A DNA stretch of 64,000 nt from Geosiphon pyriformis uo1 (GCA_016748015.1 JAAOMT010000352.1:744001-808000), one strand, 5' to 3'. Shown: positions 10,878-25,337, counted from the first letter of the stretch. The notes: generated by a model from the sequence alone, not told the origin. A program made the numbers and translations.

Positions 10878-13800
10878 ATGGAAGAGCACTATTTCAATAC
10901 TTTTAAAAGAAGTTAGGAATCCCAGCAAAAACCACCATCATAGAAAGTGATTTTTGCAACTATATCAATGCAAAAATCAACTGCTTATTAGACCACACAA
11001 CTGATACAGGAATACTTGGAGAACAAATCCATCAAAGTTTACTAAGGTACTCAACAACTACCACTACTCAAGCAATTGCTAAAACTCTATGCATAGTTGA
11101 TACAGACATTAAACACTACGTAACAAAACAATTCCTTCAAGTACAACAACCAGTGGAATCCGACCTTGAGAAATACAAAGACGAATCCAACAACTCCGCA
11201 ACTGCCCAAGCCAAGTCCACAGTTAACAAGAAACCAAGATTCCTCTTCCTAACAACTCCATTATACCATCAAACACCCCAAAGTAGAATTGTATTCAACC
11301 CACCCCTGGAAACCCAATCAGAAACACCACGAACTTCTGGAAATCCACACTTTTGGAATCAATACAGTTGGACCAAAATCACTAGAAGAATATAGATTGC
11401 TGTTTGGAAATTTTACCCCAACAGCTGGTTAAACAGAAGAAAACACGTCAACTTGGGAACAACCACCAGCACAAAACCCAGCAGAACCAGCATTTCCCCT
11501 GACAGAAGAAACAGCTATCTTACAACCTAGTGGTTTAAACAACAAAGGGAAACAACCAGCATTAGCATCTGGAAAACACTCAAATATGCAAACACCAACC
11601 CCCTTAAATATAACCAGTAACACCTCACCTATCAACCAGATCATGGTCTACTGAGATATTGCTAAGTTAGAAAAATTCTCAGAGGAAGAAGATAATGCAT
11701 ATTTGTGGATTGCAAAAGCCAAGAAAGCAATCACCGTCAACAACTGGGATGATGACAGAGCTATTCAAGTGCTGCCATTTTTTCTAACTAGAACCGCAGA
11801 TTCGTGATATTAAAGCCTTGCAAAAAAACCAACCAACTTTAATATCTTTAAGCTTGCCTTTTTACAATACTTTTGCAATCCCAATACTTTAATCTAATTG
11901 CAGAATCAATTCAGCATAATTAAACAAAAAAATCACAAAGCAGTAACTACTTATTTCGGATGATTCAATCAAATCCTTTGTCAAATATTAGCTATTGAAA
12001 AGGACTACTACACTGTGGCACAAGTTCTTAATCAATTCATTAAAGGATTGCAGAATAGTATTCTAAGATCTGTAAGACCTCACCATCTGGCCAATTTACA
12101 AGACACCATCACTCTTGCTTGCGATTTTGAGTTCACAGAACAAGAAGTGAACCATATCTAAGTCATTAATTTAGCCATTAATAGAATCTCTGACATCGAT
12201 GCAAAAATAACCCAATTGAGTGAGAAACTAACTCAAAAAATTGAGGGATTCTTAGCCAGAACTACAGGAACCTATCGACCACCACAATGGAGAGAAAATA
12301 ACAACAACAGATACTTATAGCAACAGAATTGTCAGCAATAGCAACAACCCTGGAGAATGATCCCCACAACTGTTACTACTGCCAGAAACCTGGACACATT
12401 GCTCGGGACTACAGAAAAAAGATCATGGACCAAAATCAAGGAAACCAATATCAGCAACCAAGATATTAGCAAAGCATAATATTCCAATATCCCATATCTC
12501 AAAATCAACCACTCCAATATGCACAACAAGTTCTGTACACTTAACCATCACCCCAGAATTATTATCAACTACCACCAATGACACAAGCAATCTCTCACTA
12601 TCCAACTCCCTCTTACAGCCCATCCAGACCTCGAGCTATAGACTATAATCAGGGATGGAGGAATTCCAATAACAATCAGGTGCAAACCAACAGTGGACCA
12701 TCTTGACCAATCTCTTATGGTCCAGTCCAATCTTGATTAGCACCAACCAGATACCTGAATCAAGCTTCCTATCTTGGTCTCACAAAAGACCAGGGTTTTG
12801 ATAAATCTACACCATAAAAGGAAGAGATGTAGAGCAAATCTCCAAACCTTCCAAACAAACAAAAAGCAATATTCCACCAGCCACTATTACTGAGAACACC
12901 ACCCTAGCCACAATATTTTCTTTTAACATCGATAATTTGAACACTCATAGTCTTTTTAGTGAAACAGCCATCAATCAGAATAAACCAATAACGACTCTAT
13001 ACACTGATGCCAGAGTTGGAGGAATAAACATTAAGTTAATTCTGGATAGCAGATCAGCTGGTAGCATAATCACAAAGCAGCTCATGGACTAACTAGATTG
13101 CTAAGTAGATCATGCCACTACTGCCCGAATTATTACAGTGAATAGAAACACAAAAACCCCAATAGGAGAAATTGACAACTTCTCTTTCAAGATTAATGGA
13201 ATCTAAATCCCTACCAAAGTACTCATTATAGAAGCTACTCAATATCAAGCTCTAGTAAAAAACAATTGGTTATCAAAAGCTAACACTACTCTTGACTGAA
13301 ACACCCAAGAACTTCAACTCATGTTCAATGGATAGCATGCCCAAGTCCCAGCTACATGTGGACACTTTAAAACCCAATGTACCAAGAAACCCCTTATTGA
13401 ATTTGAAGACACACTACTGCCACCAACCATCGAGACCTATCAGATTTTATAGGTGGATGATTATCAAACTGAACTACTCCCACTACCAACCTGGGAAAAA
13501 AAAAAAGACAGAGCAGAAGAGGAACCCCGATCTTTATCACTAGGATATGTAATCTTGGACCAAAAAAACTTATTTTACCAACCTCCAAGACTCATATGTG
13601 TCGATTGTGAAAAGAAGCTATTTACTATGGGTGCATGTATTGGAGACAACAAAGAATGGCCTACTGCCACCAAATACTACTGCAGACCTTGTTTATTGGA
13701 CAGATTTGGTTAACCAAAACAACAAGGTAAATGGGACAATACACTGTGTCTTGCCTGTGGCAAGATCCTGTCAGATGAAGAACTCTGAAATGATGTGCCT

Positions 13801-16621
13801 GACAGAGGAGGAACATGCGACAAGGCTTGTCAATACACTATATTAATCAACAATTGGGTATGAAAGAGAACTCTCATTGAGGACACTTGGAAATGAGTAC
13901 TCAATAGATTGGGCAGTTATTCATATGATGACTACAAAATCTGGAAAATGGCAAGTGCCAAAGCCAAAGACACCACACCCAAAGAGATATGAAAAATCAA
14001 GAATAACCTCTGGACACCCAAATATAATAGACCTGACTACTCCATGGACGATTTCTTTATAGATGACCCAGATGCATTTCAGAACCAATATTAGGAATTG
14101 GCCCCAACCCAAGAAGAACAAGAGCAAAGATTAGCCGATTTGAATACCAAACTGTGCAATTACTGTTTGATCTCCTGTTACTTTCAGTATTGTGACAAAT
14201 GTGATCTTATGTTCAATCCGTCTTCAAGAATATTGTTTCCAATCACTGAATTACCTGAGCCTGAATAAGAAGAGGTATTAATTACCGAAGACATGTTGTT
14301 TAAGATCCAACTGAGGATACTGAAACAGAACAGTATCTTGCATATCCCAATCTATCCAAAAAATTAGAGCTAAAATGGTACAGTAACAATGAAGAAGGAA
14401 TCTGCCCCAAAAGAACACATAACACTAATGCCAGTTTCAACCTATGATACCCTGGACAATTACCCATCATTATAGCCCCACATTCCCTGGTAAAAATAGA
14501 TCTTAAGAAGCATTAAAAATTCCTGTTAGTACAATGGTACAAGTTGCCTCTCAATCTAGTCTAGCCAAAAAAGAAATTGACATAAAAGGAGGAATCATTA
14601 ATGCCACTTACACAGAGAACATTATCGTGATACTACAGAACAATTCAGACAGACCCTACAAAATAAAATCACAAGAAAAGATTGCTCAAGCTATCTTCCT
14701 ACCCCTAATCAAAATATCCTAATTGACTCCAGTAACAACCTGAGAAGAATTAAGTCTCACTGCTCGAAGAATCAACAGATTTGGATCAAGTGGAAGAGGA
14801 AATGTACCAGTTAATTTTATGGAAGAAGACAGTGACCAGGTAGAATTTATCTATACTGACACCATCATTTCCATTCCCTCATACTAACAATACATTTTCA
14901 AGATGAATTGAAAAATCCAAGATCAAGTTATGTTATTCAAAGCCAGTCCCAAAATCTGTTCTCTAGCTGATGTTGCTAATCTATACCTACTGGCCAAAGC
15001 CCATAAACACTTCAAAATCTCCATTCACAACCTGGCAGAAGATGTCATTAAAATCCCTAAAGGAACCCTTGTCGATTTCATATCCATAGATATTCAGAAT
15101 CCTGAAAAACCTCAGTTCATTCCAGACTTTGCACAATTATTTTTATTCTGCAACATTACCTTACAAGTATAGAATTTACCAAAAGAAAGTTATTTGTTCA
15201 CACCAAAAGAAATCAATAAATTGAATTTAGGAAACTTAAGTATTCTGCAACAAATGCAACTTAAAGTCCTTCTAAATCAGCATGCCAATGTCTTTGCCAG
15301 TGAAAATGAATTCAGATGCACCAACATCATAAAGCATCAGATTGATACAGGAGACACTCAACCGATTAAGCAATAAACTTACCACATACTCCCATCTGGC
15401 AATAATTTAATTAAGCAAGAAGTGCAATGTATGCTTGATAATGGCCTAATTAAAAAATTGTTAAGCCCTTGGTCCTTTCCAGTAGTCCTGGTCATCAAGA
15501 AAAATGGAAAAATACAATTCTGCATAGATTACCAATAATTAAATAATGTCATGTGAGAAGATAGTTATCCTACTTCTCTCATCCAAGAAATTCTGGACAA
15601 TCTAGGAAAAAAGAAATGGTTCTTGTCATTAGATCTAGCAAGTGGTTATTGGCAAGTTGAAATGGATCTCAAAGACAAAAGAAAAACAGCATTTACCATT
15701 CAAGACAGAAACTTCGAGTTTAATGTAATGCCTTTTGGACTCTGCAATGCTCCTGCCACATTCCAAGATCTCATGGATATCATATACAAAGGAATTCTGT
15801 GAAAATCAGTCGTAGTATATCTAGACAACACCAATGTCTTTTCTGAAACATTTGATGATCATTTGCTCCATCTGCAACAAGTCTTTGAATGCCTTTATAA
15901 TGCTGAATTAAAACTTAATTCCAATAAATGCTTCTTTGGAAAAACCAAGTTAAAATTCCTAGAACATGTAATTGACAAAGACAGAATCAAATCCAATCCA
16001 GATAAAGTACAAAAAGTCAAAGATTTTTCAGTCCCAATCAATCTCAGAGAATTACGAGGATTTCTAAGATTGGCAAGATATTATCATCGATTTGTCAAAG
16101 GTTTCTCAAACATTGCAAAACCACTCTATCATTTGTTGTCCAAATATGTACTGTACTTGTAAAAGAAAGATTAACAGAAAGCATTTGACTATCTCAAGCA
16201 GTGTTTAATCACATCCCCCATTTTGATTTACCCAGATTTCTCTAAACAGTTTATTGTCACTATGGACACCTCAAAAAATGCTTTAGGAGCAGTCTTATCA
16301 CAAATAAGACCAGACAATAGAGAACATTCAGTTGCCTATGTCAGTCGCAGCACAAGCCTGGCAGAAAAAAATTACAACACAACAAATCTGAAATGTCTTA
16401 CCATTTATTGGGCTATACAAACTTGGAAACATTACCTCAGTCAACTATTTGATCTATATACCAATTACAAAGGACTTATTTGGTTACTCAATAATTCACA
16501 ATTAAAAGGAAAATATGCAAGATGGAGTACTTATCTACAACAATTCCCACTCAAAGTACATTACAAGGAAGGATCCAAGAACACCAATGTCAACAGTTTG
16601 TCAAGAATACCACAAACCTAA
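10878..16621 (+). pseudogene. gag-PR-Cys-rich-dUTPase-RT-RNaseH polyprotein of element B, fragmented
   Basis: Gag with CCHC knuckle CYYCQKPGHIARDY (~12370); LILDSRSAGSII (~13035); CVDC/CRPC (13453..13713); dUTPase (14534..14722); RT/RH (15863..16621) ending NSLSRIPQT*. Confidence 0.9.
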
Positions 16622-16631
16622 TTCTAGACTT

Positions 16632-18931
16632 ATGAATACACTCACTTATTAACAACTATATCAGTACCTATCAACACTACATTTCAAGAAGATATTATCT
16701 CAACAGGAACAAAGTACTATATGAAAACAAGCCTGAAATTATTTTATTTAAAACAACCAACTATATCAATGAGAATGCCGAAACCACCCTATTTCACAAT
16801 AACTAATCAAGGACAGTGAAAGAGAAACTATATTATATAGCATGCACTCAGATTTGACATCAGGACACTTTAACAAAGATGCTACCCTCAAAAGAACACT
16901 AAATTTATACTATTGGCCAACAATGTACAAAGACATTTTTGAATATGTGCTCAATTGTGACACATGCCAGTGAAGAGAAAAAACAAGATTAACAGAACCA
17001 CTTTGACCCATTCTAGTTGGAAATCTATTTAATAGAATCAAGATTAATTTGGTTGGTCCTCTCTTAATTACATCTAAAAGAAATCAGTATATTGCTGTAG
17101 TCATTGATTATCTTACAAAATGGCCAGAAGCCAGAGCAATTCAAGTGGCCAATGCCAAAACAGTAGCTGAGTTCATATATCAAGACCTAATTTGCCAACA
17201 TGGATGTCTGAAAGAATTGTTATCTGATTAAGGAACACATTTCGTCAATAATACATTAACAAAATTAAGCCAATAGTTTGATATAAAACATTCTTTATCA
17301 TCATCATACCACCCATAAACTAACAGACTGGTAGAACAGTTTAACTAAACACTGTGTGAAGCACTAGCAAAAATAAGTCAAAAAAACGAACAAGAATAGG
17401 ACCTATTTATACCTTCAGTATTCTTTGCATACTGAACACTAAAGCAAAATATAACACACTTTACACCATTTGAACTAGTCTATGGAAGGAAAGCTACATT
17501 ATCTATTGAACAAGAAATATTGTCCTATCTAACAGAAACAATTACCGAAGAGAATTTTAAAGCTACCTTGTACCACAGAACGTACCAGCTAATGGAAACA
17601 TTAAAAAACAATCAAAGAACAACAGCTAATAACATTAGTAATGCTCAAAAATAACAAAAGGAAAGACATAACAATCGCTGTTACAAGTGATTATTTGGGG
17701 TCTCAAATCAAATAACAAACTCATAACTTGGTGCTCAATTGATATAATGTTGTTGGTAATATCTGAAGGTATTGTTATCTAAAGGTTTTGGTTGAGTCCT
17801 TTGTATAATAGACAGAGATTCAATAAGGTTGATAGTGGTTGTATTCTCAAGTTGTTTTCCCAATTTTTTTCTCAGCTTGGTGGCCGGATTTATTCTGGCA
17901 GTCGTGCCCTTTTGGTAAGCTATCCGATAATATATAATTCTACCCTTATTTCTGGGTCTTTTACCAGACTATCCATGACGTCAATAACTCAGCACTTAAT
18001 CCTTTTAATCAATTTAGTGAACAACAAAAAAAAAGAAAATAAAATAAAGAAAATAAAAGAAAATAAAGAAATAAGAAAATAAAATAAGAAATAAGTGTCT
18101 TGTCAATAGCCGTGATCAAGAGCTATTGTGCCAGCAGATTAAGTAATGGATAATAACATGAATTTGAAGATAATAGATAATTTCATTAATATGGGAGCAA
18201 TTTCACTTTAAGTTATAGTATTCTATCTTTTGAAGGAAGAGTATTTAATAATTATAATTTTGCGAGTCTAATTGATTCTATAAGTCTAATTGACTCCGCG
18301 AATCAATTGACTCTAAGTTCCATTGACTAATTTTCTAATTTTTGATACTACTGCTATATATATGTATTTGAGATTCCTCAATTCCTTAATTCTTCATGTC
18401 AGGAATCCTGGAATTCCTGGAATTCTGCAATTTCTTTGAGAAAAATCCTGAAATTCTGGAATCCTGTGATTCCTTGTGTGAGAATCCTGCAATTCCTGGA
18501 ATCCTGCAATTCCTCTGAGAGGAATCCTGGAATTCCACATTTACTACGTCTATCTATGATTGGCTAATTTATATGCTAATATACTTCCTATATTTTATGA
18601 GTAACATTGCCTATCTGAACAACCAATGGAATTCAAGATTGGAGACCAGATACTGTTACATCATACAAAAGCTAAGAAACAGTGGAGTGGAAAGTTCAAC
18701 CCAAAGTGGGATGGTCCATTCCACATACACAAAGCTTTAAGAAATAGAGCTTACAAACTACGATTGGAAAACAGAATTTTAAAGAAAGTAGTGCATGGAA
18801 ATTGGTCAAAAATTTATCATGCAAAACAAGAATTATTGTTATTAGTATCTCAACTAGGAACACAAATTTTATTAATCAAACCAAAAGATATACCACAAGA
18901 TTTAGAACCAATCATTATTTTCGAAATGTAG
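16632..18931 (+). pseudogene. Integrase of element B (separate ORF), interrupted by a solo LTR
   Basis: Starts MNTLTY; MHSDLTSGHF..CDTCQ; DYLTKWPEARA (17049..17231); KWDGPF (18626..18931); KERHNNR|LSEQPMEF rejoins across the solo LTR. Confidence 0.9.
17679..18606 (-). mobile_element. Solo LTR of an A-related family with 4-bp TSD (TCGC/TTGC)
   Basis: tgttaca...gtaaca, homologous to LTR A; removing it plus one TSD copy restores the integrase frame. Confidence 0.93.
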
Positions 18932-18934
18932 ACA

Positions 18935-19745
18935 ATGGACAGCAAATTAAATTGGGAAATTCAAATATATATAGCATCCAAAAAGCAGCAAGAAATGATA
19001 AAAATTTTAACATAGACCTTTCAGATCAAATTTTAAAATTATCTAAACAATTATTTAAAACAATTCAAAAATTTCCTGCTCAAATAGAAATAATAATTGA
19101 TAAAAAAGAGATACAGTACAAAGATAAGAGCAGGAGAGAAGAGGATGAGAGTTCAATTAGAACTAAACATTCTCTTCCCTACTCACCACCCAAAAGGCAA
19201 TATTGAAGGAAAAATTGCCTTTGGGCGAAAGGTAGAGAAGAAAGAGGCAAAGAAAGAGAAAAAGATTACAAAAGAAAATACTTGGTCTCTGAGCTCAAAA
19301 AAATAAAAGAAGCTTTAGCTTGTGAGACCGAACTTCCTGAAACAAAGAAATGGACACTTAACAATGCCCAGAAATGGAAAGAAAGACTTCCTCCAGTATA
19401 TTGGTTCTACAAAATTGGAAAACAGTTTGACTTAAAAACACCATACAATGACCTCAGCTAGAAAATGTTCAACAAAAAAGCAATACAACAAGTAGAAAAG
19501 TTTGTAGAGAAAAACAACCTGACTCTATATTACAAAGCAGCATACCAATTATATGCTGCTTTCCAACATTGTCCAAACATACTGTTGTATGGATCAATAA
19601 AGACAATAACAGTTAACAACATAGGATAAATTACCAATTGACAGTTCGAAGACCTATAAAAAACAATACTTGACACAATCATCGACATTACACGAATGAA
19701 GACATAAGAACAGATACATACGATTTTGCAGAAGTTCAATTCTAA
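18935..19745 (+). pseudogene. ORF3 of element B (unknown protein), disrupted
   Basis: QILKLSKQLFKTIQKFPAQIEIII...PPVYWFYKIGKQF...AAYQLYAAFQHCP...IG*ITN*QFEDL; homologous to ORF3 of A and D. Confidence 0.7.
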
Positions 19746-19760
19746 AAAAGAGAGAGATAA
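19744..19760 (+). other. Polypurine tract of element B
   Basis: aaaaaagagagagataa directly before tgttat. Confidence 0.8.
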
Positions 19761-20791
19761 TGTTATCCAAATAGAAAAACCAATCCAAAGTTATGAAGAA
19801 ACATGACCAAAATGTAACATAACACAGAATAGTGTGCAATAATATTGGATAACACGTTATAACATAGGATAACATGTTATAACACAGGATAACACAGAAT
19901 AGCATGCAATAACATAGGATAACACAGAATAACATGTAATAATGTTAGATAACATGTTATAACATAGAATAACTAGCAATAACATAGAAAAATGAAGCAA
20001 TAACAGAAATAACAAAGCAATAGCTAACAATAGTGAGACAATTAAAAGCAATCCTGTAAAACCAAAAAAATGTATAAAAGCAAGTAGTTGTAGAAGTTAA
20101 AAAGACAGACAGATAGATACAAATCTCTAAACAAGAATCAAATCTTCATACCCCTTCATCATTTATTATCTTCTCTATTTCATCTTCTGAAATAAACCAA
20201 TTATTAAAGAAATCAGAATCATGAATTTATGTTCTCGAACTTCATGGAATTTATGTAAATTAATTCTTGTCTCATACCTTTGTTCTAAGACAGATGCTCT
20301 TAGCATAACTACTTCAAACTATTAACAATTTTGGACCAATCACTTTTGATCATGGTAATTGACAATACTAATTTATTTTTTTATTTTTTTTTTTCTTATT
20401 TTTTGGGTGGAATGGCAACATAATAAAATCGACTGTCTAAGAATAGACTTCGTGATAGTCTGGTAAAAAAAGAAAGCTCTTCCTAAGTTTTGGATATTAA
20501 TGTTATCTTGTTAGCTTACCAGAAGGGCGAAAAGACAATGCCAGACCCTAACAACTGTGCTCATTAGCTTGGAGAAGAAAGCTCATATTTATGGAAAACA
20601 TTACAATTGACGAAAGACAAACTCTGTGCCTTATAACCAAAAAACTCAATGGGTAAATTCATATCCAGGAATAAACTTTCAGAGACTGATAATCAAGACT
20701 AAGCCAACAGAATTACATGGAAGACACATCATCAATAATTGAGAGCACCAAACATTACTATTTCCTATACCCACCAAGTTTATCTGTAACA
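19761..20791 (+). repeat. 3' LTR of element B (1031 bp) with U3 tandem array and TATA
   Basis: tgttat...tgtaaca; ~10-bp RATAACAY-type repeats 19815-20030; TATAAAA 20073. Confidence 0.9.
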
Positions 20792-21009
20792 ATGTACATG
20801 TTGTATATTATAATTTCTCTTTCTTCAAATCTGATGATTCTTTGAGAGTGGTCAGGATCTTTTCTATTTCTTTTATATAACTGATTCTGGCAAATCAAAT
20901 AGAAATTTGATTATTTGCACAAATGTTCTCTTTGCTGTTGAGTGTATTCTGGTGGATATTGTCTTTTACCCAAAAATTCCATTAAGGCAGAATAGTTATT
21001 CAAGTCCAT
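20792..21009 (-). pseudogene. Integrase N-terminus of element C (separate ORF)
   Basis: MDLNNYSALMEFLGKRQYPPEY...LYKRNRKDPD...IIYNMY aligns with the IN starts of A, B and D. Confidence 0.8.
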
Positions 21010-21073
21010 TATTATGTTTGTTTGTAAAGGAGTTACTAATAATTAAGTTGATCTGGTTTGAGAGGTTGTACTA

Positions 21074-24000
21074 TTACTGGATAATAAGTCTAGAAAAAGC
21101 ATCAGTGTTTTAATGATTTGCTTTTTTGTGGTATTGAATATTATAGTCGAATTTATTCAAATAGAGTATCCAACAAGTTATTTGTTTGTGTTTCAGCTTC
21201 TTTTTATTGTGCAGCCAAACCAGGGCTTGATGATCTGTTATCACTAAGAATTTTGCACCAAGAAGATATTGATTCCAGTAACTAGTAGCCCAAATTACTG
21301 CTAAATATTCTTGTTCAGTAACTGAATAGTTCTTCTCTGTTGGTGTGAGGGATCTACTGGCATATGCTATGACATATTCTCTGCTATTTTCATCTTTCTG
21401 TAAAAAAACAGCACCAAAGTCCATAGCCAAATGTATTAGTGTGAAGGATAAAAAATTGGTCCAGATTAGGTTGCTTGAGAATTGGTTCAGTGATAAGTTT
21501 TTCCTTCAGAATTTCAAAAGCTTTTTGTTGATGAGTGCTTTAGTGATAATTGACATTTTTCCTGAGTAGCTGATTAAAAGAAAAGGCAATTTTGGAGAAA
21601 TCTTTAATAAATTTGCAATAGTAAGAGGCCAAATCAAGGAAAGAGCATAGTTTAGGAACATTCATTAGTTGTCTAATGTTCTGAACTTTTTCAACTTTAG
21701 CTGGATTAGGGAAGATTCTATTTTTTGTAATAAGATGACCAAGGAACTGAGTGGATTGGCGTCCAAAGAAAGATTTGATTGGGTTGATCTTAAGACCAGC
21801 ATTCTTCAGAAAGTCAAAAACCTTTTGCAGGTGCTCAAGATATTCATCTCAGGTTTTTGAATATACCATTATGTCATCTAAGTAAACTAGAACAAAGTTT
21901 TCTTTATCCATCAGGCATTAAAAGATGGGAGGAGCATTGGTAAGATCAAAAGGCATGACTGTAAATTCATAGATGCCATACTTGGTAATGAAGGCAGTTT
22001 TCTTTCTGCTTTCTGGATCCATCTTTACTTGCCAGAATCCAGCAGTTAAGTCAATGGTTGAAAAAAAAGCAGCACCATTAAATTTATCTAGCATTACATC
22101 AATTTTGAAGAGAGAATATATATCTCTTATAGTGATGGCATTTAATTGGCAATAGTCAACACAGAAGTATAGGGTTCTACTTTTCTTGAATACCACTACA
22201 ACTGGAAAAGTTCATTCATTTTTGGTTTCTTATATGAATCCAAGATCTTTCATCCGGTTTATCTCTTTCTTGATAAACTCATTATTGTGTTAATAGGATT
22301 GATAAGGCTTCAAATGAATGGAGCAAGTTTCTTTGGTGATAATAGTGTGTTGTATCACATGAGTTTGTTTAAAGGTGTCACCTTTTTTTGAAATAACTGG
22401 GCTATTTCTAGCCAACAAATTTTCAATGCCTATTTTTTTTTTTAAGGGAAGGTTCTTTTTGTTCTACAACTAGTGATTGGATTTTAGGTGGTTTATTCTT
22501 AAAGGACTTTTGTACTTTTTTAAGTTTTTTTTAAGGTATCAAACTAATTGGTTTCCAATCTTTGTAATAGATTAGGCAAGATTTGCATTCATCACTTGGT
22601 AAATACAAAGATTTATTACACCAGCACCGTGTACAAAGGCCATGTTACCAATAACTGTATTTGGCCTTTTTGCCAGATTTTCTGTTAAAGATTCTTCTGA
22701 AAATATCATAGTAGGGCCAGCAGATCAGCTTGCTATTTACCATGATTCCTTTTTTGTCAGCTTTAACATTGTTCAGTGGCTTGTTATTACTGGTGAAAAT
22801 AGTATAGGCAAGTTCAGCAGTTTCTTTTTGTTCTTTTTGATCTTTATCATCATTGCTCTCATCATCATCTGATTCTTTTGATTGTTTTTTTTCTTGGTTC
22901 TGTTTGGTTACTGGAGGAGTTGTCCAATAATGACATTTAACTACAATGGGTTTTTCACCACATCTGATAATTAGCTTACAAAGTTCATAGTCAAGTAGTG
23001 CTTTGGCTTTTTTAAGCCACTCATTACCAACAATAATAGTATACTCTTTTGCTTTTGATACTTCTATATCTGTTTTAATGCTGATATTATTGATGCAAAC
23101 AGGAACAGCTTTGGCTATACCCAGACCTTTCTTTTTGTTACCATGTACATTAGTCATAAGCTGGGTAAAAAGTTCATCAATTTTTCTTCAATAGCTTCCA
23201 GAAAGTGTTTGATAATTACACTGACAGATGATCTATTGTCTAGAATCAAATCAATGAAATAGCCAGCCACTTGGGCTTTGCAAATCAGAAGAGTGACATT
23301 GCTGTTGTCAGCAAGTTCAGCTTGATGAGAACACTGTTGGTTTTTGGTGTCTTCTTTTTTGGTATTAATGATTTACAAAAATTTATTCTGAACTGTGGAT
23401 GAGTCATTAGTTGGCCAAATGTAATGTGTGCTAGGGTTTTTATGAGATCTTTAACAACAGAATAAGGATCAAATTTTTGTACTATTTTTGGAGGTTCCAA
23501 TTTTGGAGGATTTTTAAAAACTTTAGCCTTTGGTGGCTTATTGTTGTTAGCAGTAGAAGTTGAGGCTTTGTTGGGATTTAGAATGAAATCAACCTTAGCT
23601 TTTTTCTTTTTTTTTGCTAGGTCAGAGATGTTGATTGCCAGTTCATCCATATTATGGTTATCATCAGTCAGGTTAAAAGCGTAAAAGAGATTTTTTCTGG
23701 TTGGCTTGCACTCTCACTTTTTAGAGGTGCACCTACTAGTTTAAAGGCTGATAAACAGTAGCTTTAACTAAGGAATCCTCTCCAAAGAAATTGATGTTGA
23801 CATGATTAGGTCTTTGATTAAGAACATTATTATTGTTGGGTCTGTTATTCTGGGTGTCATTGTTTCTGAGAACTGGAGAGGGCAATAGAAGATTGTTGCA
23901 GTCTTTGGAAAAGTGTCTAGTTAGTCCACAGCAATAACACACAGGTGGGCCATGATTTTGTTGTCTTTAATATGATGGTTGTTAGAACTAATTGAAATGG

Positions 24001-25285
24001 AATTCAAATCTGGGTCTTTGGGGTTGCTGGTTGTCTCTAACTGCTTGGGCTAATGATTCTAATAGCTGAGCAAGATTAGCAGTAAGTTTGTCTATTAATT
24101 GTTCATTGGGGTCTTAAGTATGAGTGACAAAAAAAGTTGTAGCCATTTGTGAAGCGGAGTCATGGCAGGAGCAAGAGCAAAAACTGGAAGTGTGAATTCC
24201 AAATGCATCCTTTGGTTATCTTCAATTCTTTGTGCCAGTTTAATAGCCATGTCCATTGTTGAGTTGTTTTTTAAAGCCAAAAGAGGCCAAAAAGCATATG
24301 ATAAATCAGTTTTTAATCCTTTTGTAAAGGAATAGATTTTTTGCTTTTTTGTTCAGTTTCTCCCAAAGTCTACTCATTTGATTAACTTTTTGATAGCTTT
24401 GGCATATTCAGTCACTACTTCTTCAGGGCCTTGGTTTTTTTTTTTCAATTCCATGCACTATTTGGAGATTAATATTGGAGTTTTGAACTTGGTTTCAAAC
24501 TGGATAGTGAAAGAAGTATTTTCTTCTTCAGCATTGGTTGGTGTCTATCTGATTATTCTGTGTTGAGCATTGGCATTTGTTTCTTGTGAAAACCAGATAG
24601 CAGAAAAGCCTTGGAAGTAGCCACCAATGATTTGGAACTTGTATTTTTTATCATACTGGTTGGCTATGGCAGCTCTTTTAAAGTTATCCAATCATTCAAT
24701 TGGATCTTGTACATTACCTCTAAACAAGAGTAATAGAGTGTTGTTTCTTTTTTCCAAAGCAGTTTGTATGCCTTGGAGGGCAGCCAGGATGTTTGCTTGC
24801 ATGGGGTTATTAGCCATTGATTTAGAGATAACTGTTTGAGTAGAATGAGCTGATTCACTTGAGAAGAGATTAAAAACAGGAGCAGTTTGATAGCTTTTTT
24901 CTTCTGTTTTAAAGGGAGTTTTAGTTGCTTAATGGGTGGCAATCCAAATGTGGATTTAATGATTCAGATATTCAAAATTAGGGGGCTGTTGTTCAAAGAT
25001 TGTGGAATATAAAAGCTAATTGATGCTGTTGTTTCTTTCTTCAAAGTTGTCTTCAAAATAAACTTGATTAAAGTAATAAGTTGTATAGGCTGTGTAGGTT
25101 TCAGCTAAATACTCATTCAGGAACCAGTTCTAAAAGTCTTGGAAATGTCTGCTGAATTGTTTTTCAATAGGGAAGCAAATCAAGCAGGAGGGCAAAGGAT
25201 TAAGTTCAATAAAGTCTAAATCATTTTTGTTATGTGCTTCAAAGTGTTCTTCTAATTGTTGTGGCAGATATGAATAATTACCCAT
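21074..25285 (-). pseudogene. gag-PR-RT-RNaseH polyprotein of element C, fragmented
   Basis: ORFs 23736..23942 (zinc knuckle), 22645..23157 (protease C-half), 21918..22196 (RT), 21110..21430 (RNaseH); ends TDAFSRLIIQ*. Confidence 0.88.
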
Positions 25286-25314
25286 ACAATAGGAAACAAA
25301 GTGGAATTTGACAA

Positions 25315-25331
25315 CCTCACAGAAAGCACCA
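25315..25331 (-). other. Primer-binding site of element C (TGGTGCTTTCTGTGAGG)
   Basis: 16/17 identical to PBS A; 6 nt from the LTR edge. Confidence 0.8.
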
Positions 25332-25337
25332 CTTTTA

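Larger units (their letters stand above)
10702..20791 (+). mobile_element. Ty3/Gypsy-type LTR retrotransposon B with dUTPase; 5' LTR truncated by element A; decayed
   Basis: 10702-10776 matches the end of LTR 19761-20791; PBS 10779; gag, PR, dUTPase, RT, RH, IN, ORF3, PPT in order. Confidence 0.93.

Noticed and set aside
19654-20051. Cys/Tyr-rich hydrophobic ORFs (MLFCVILCYC...)
   Set aside because: Antisense translation of the U3 tandem repeats in LTR B.
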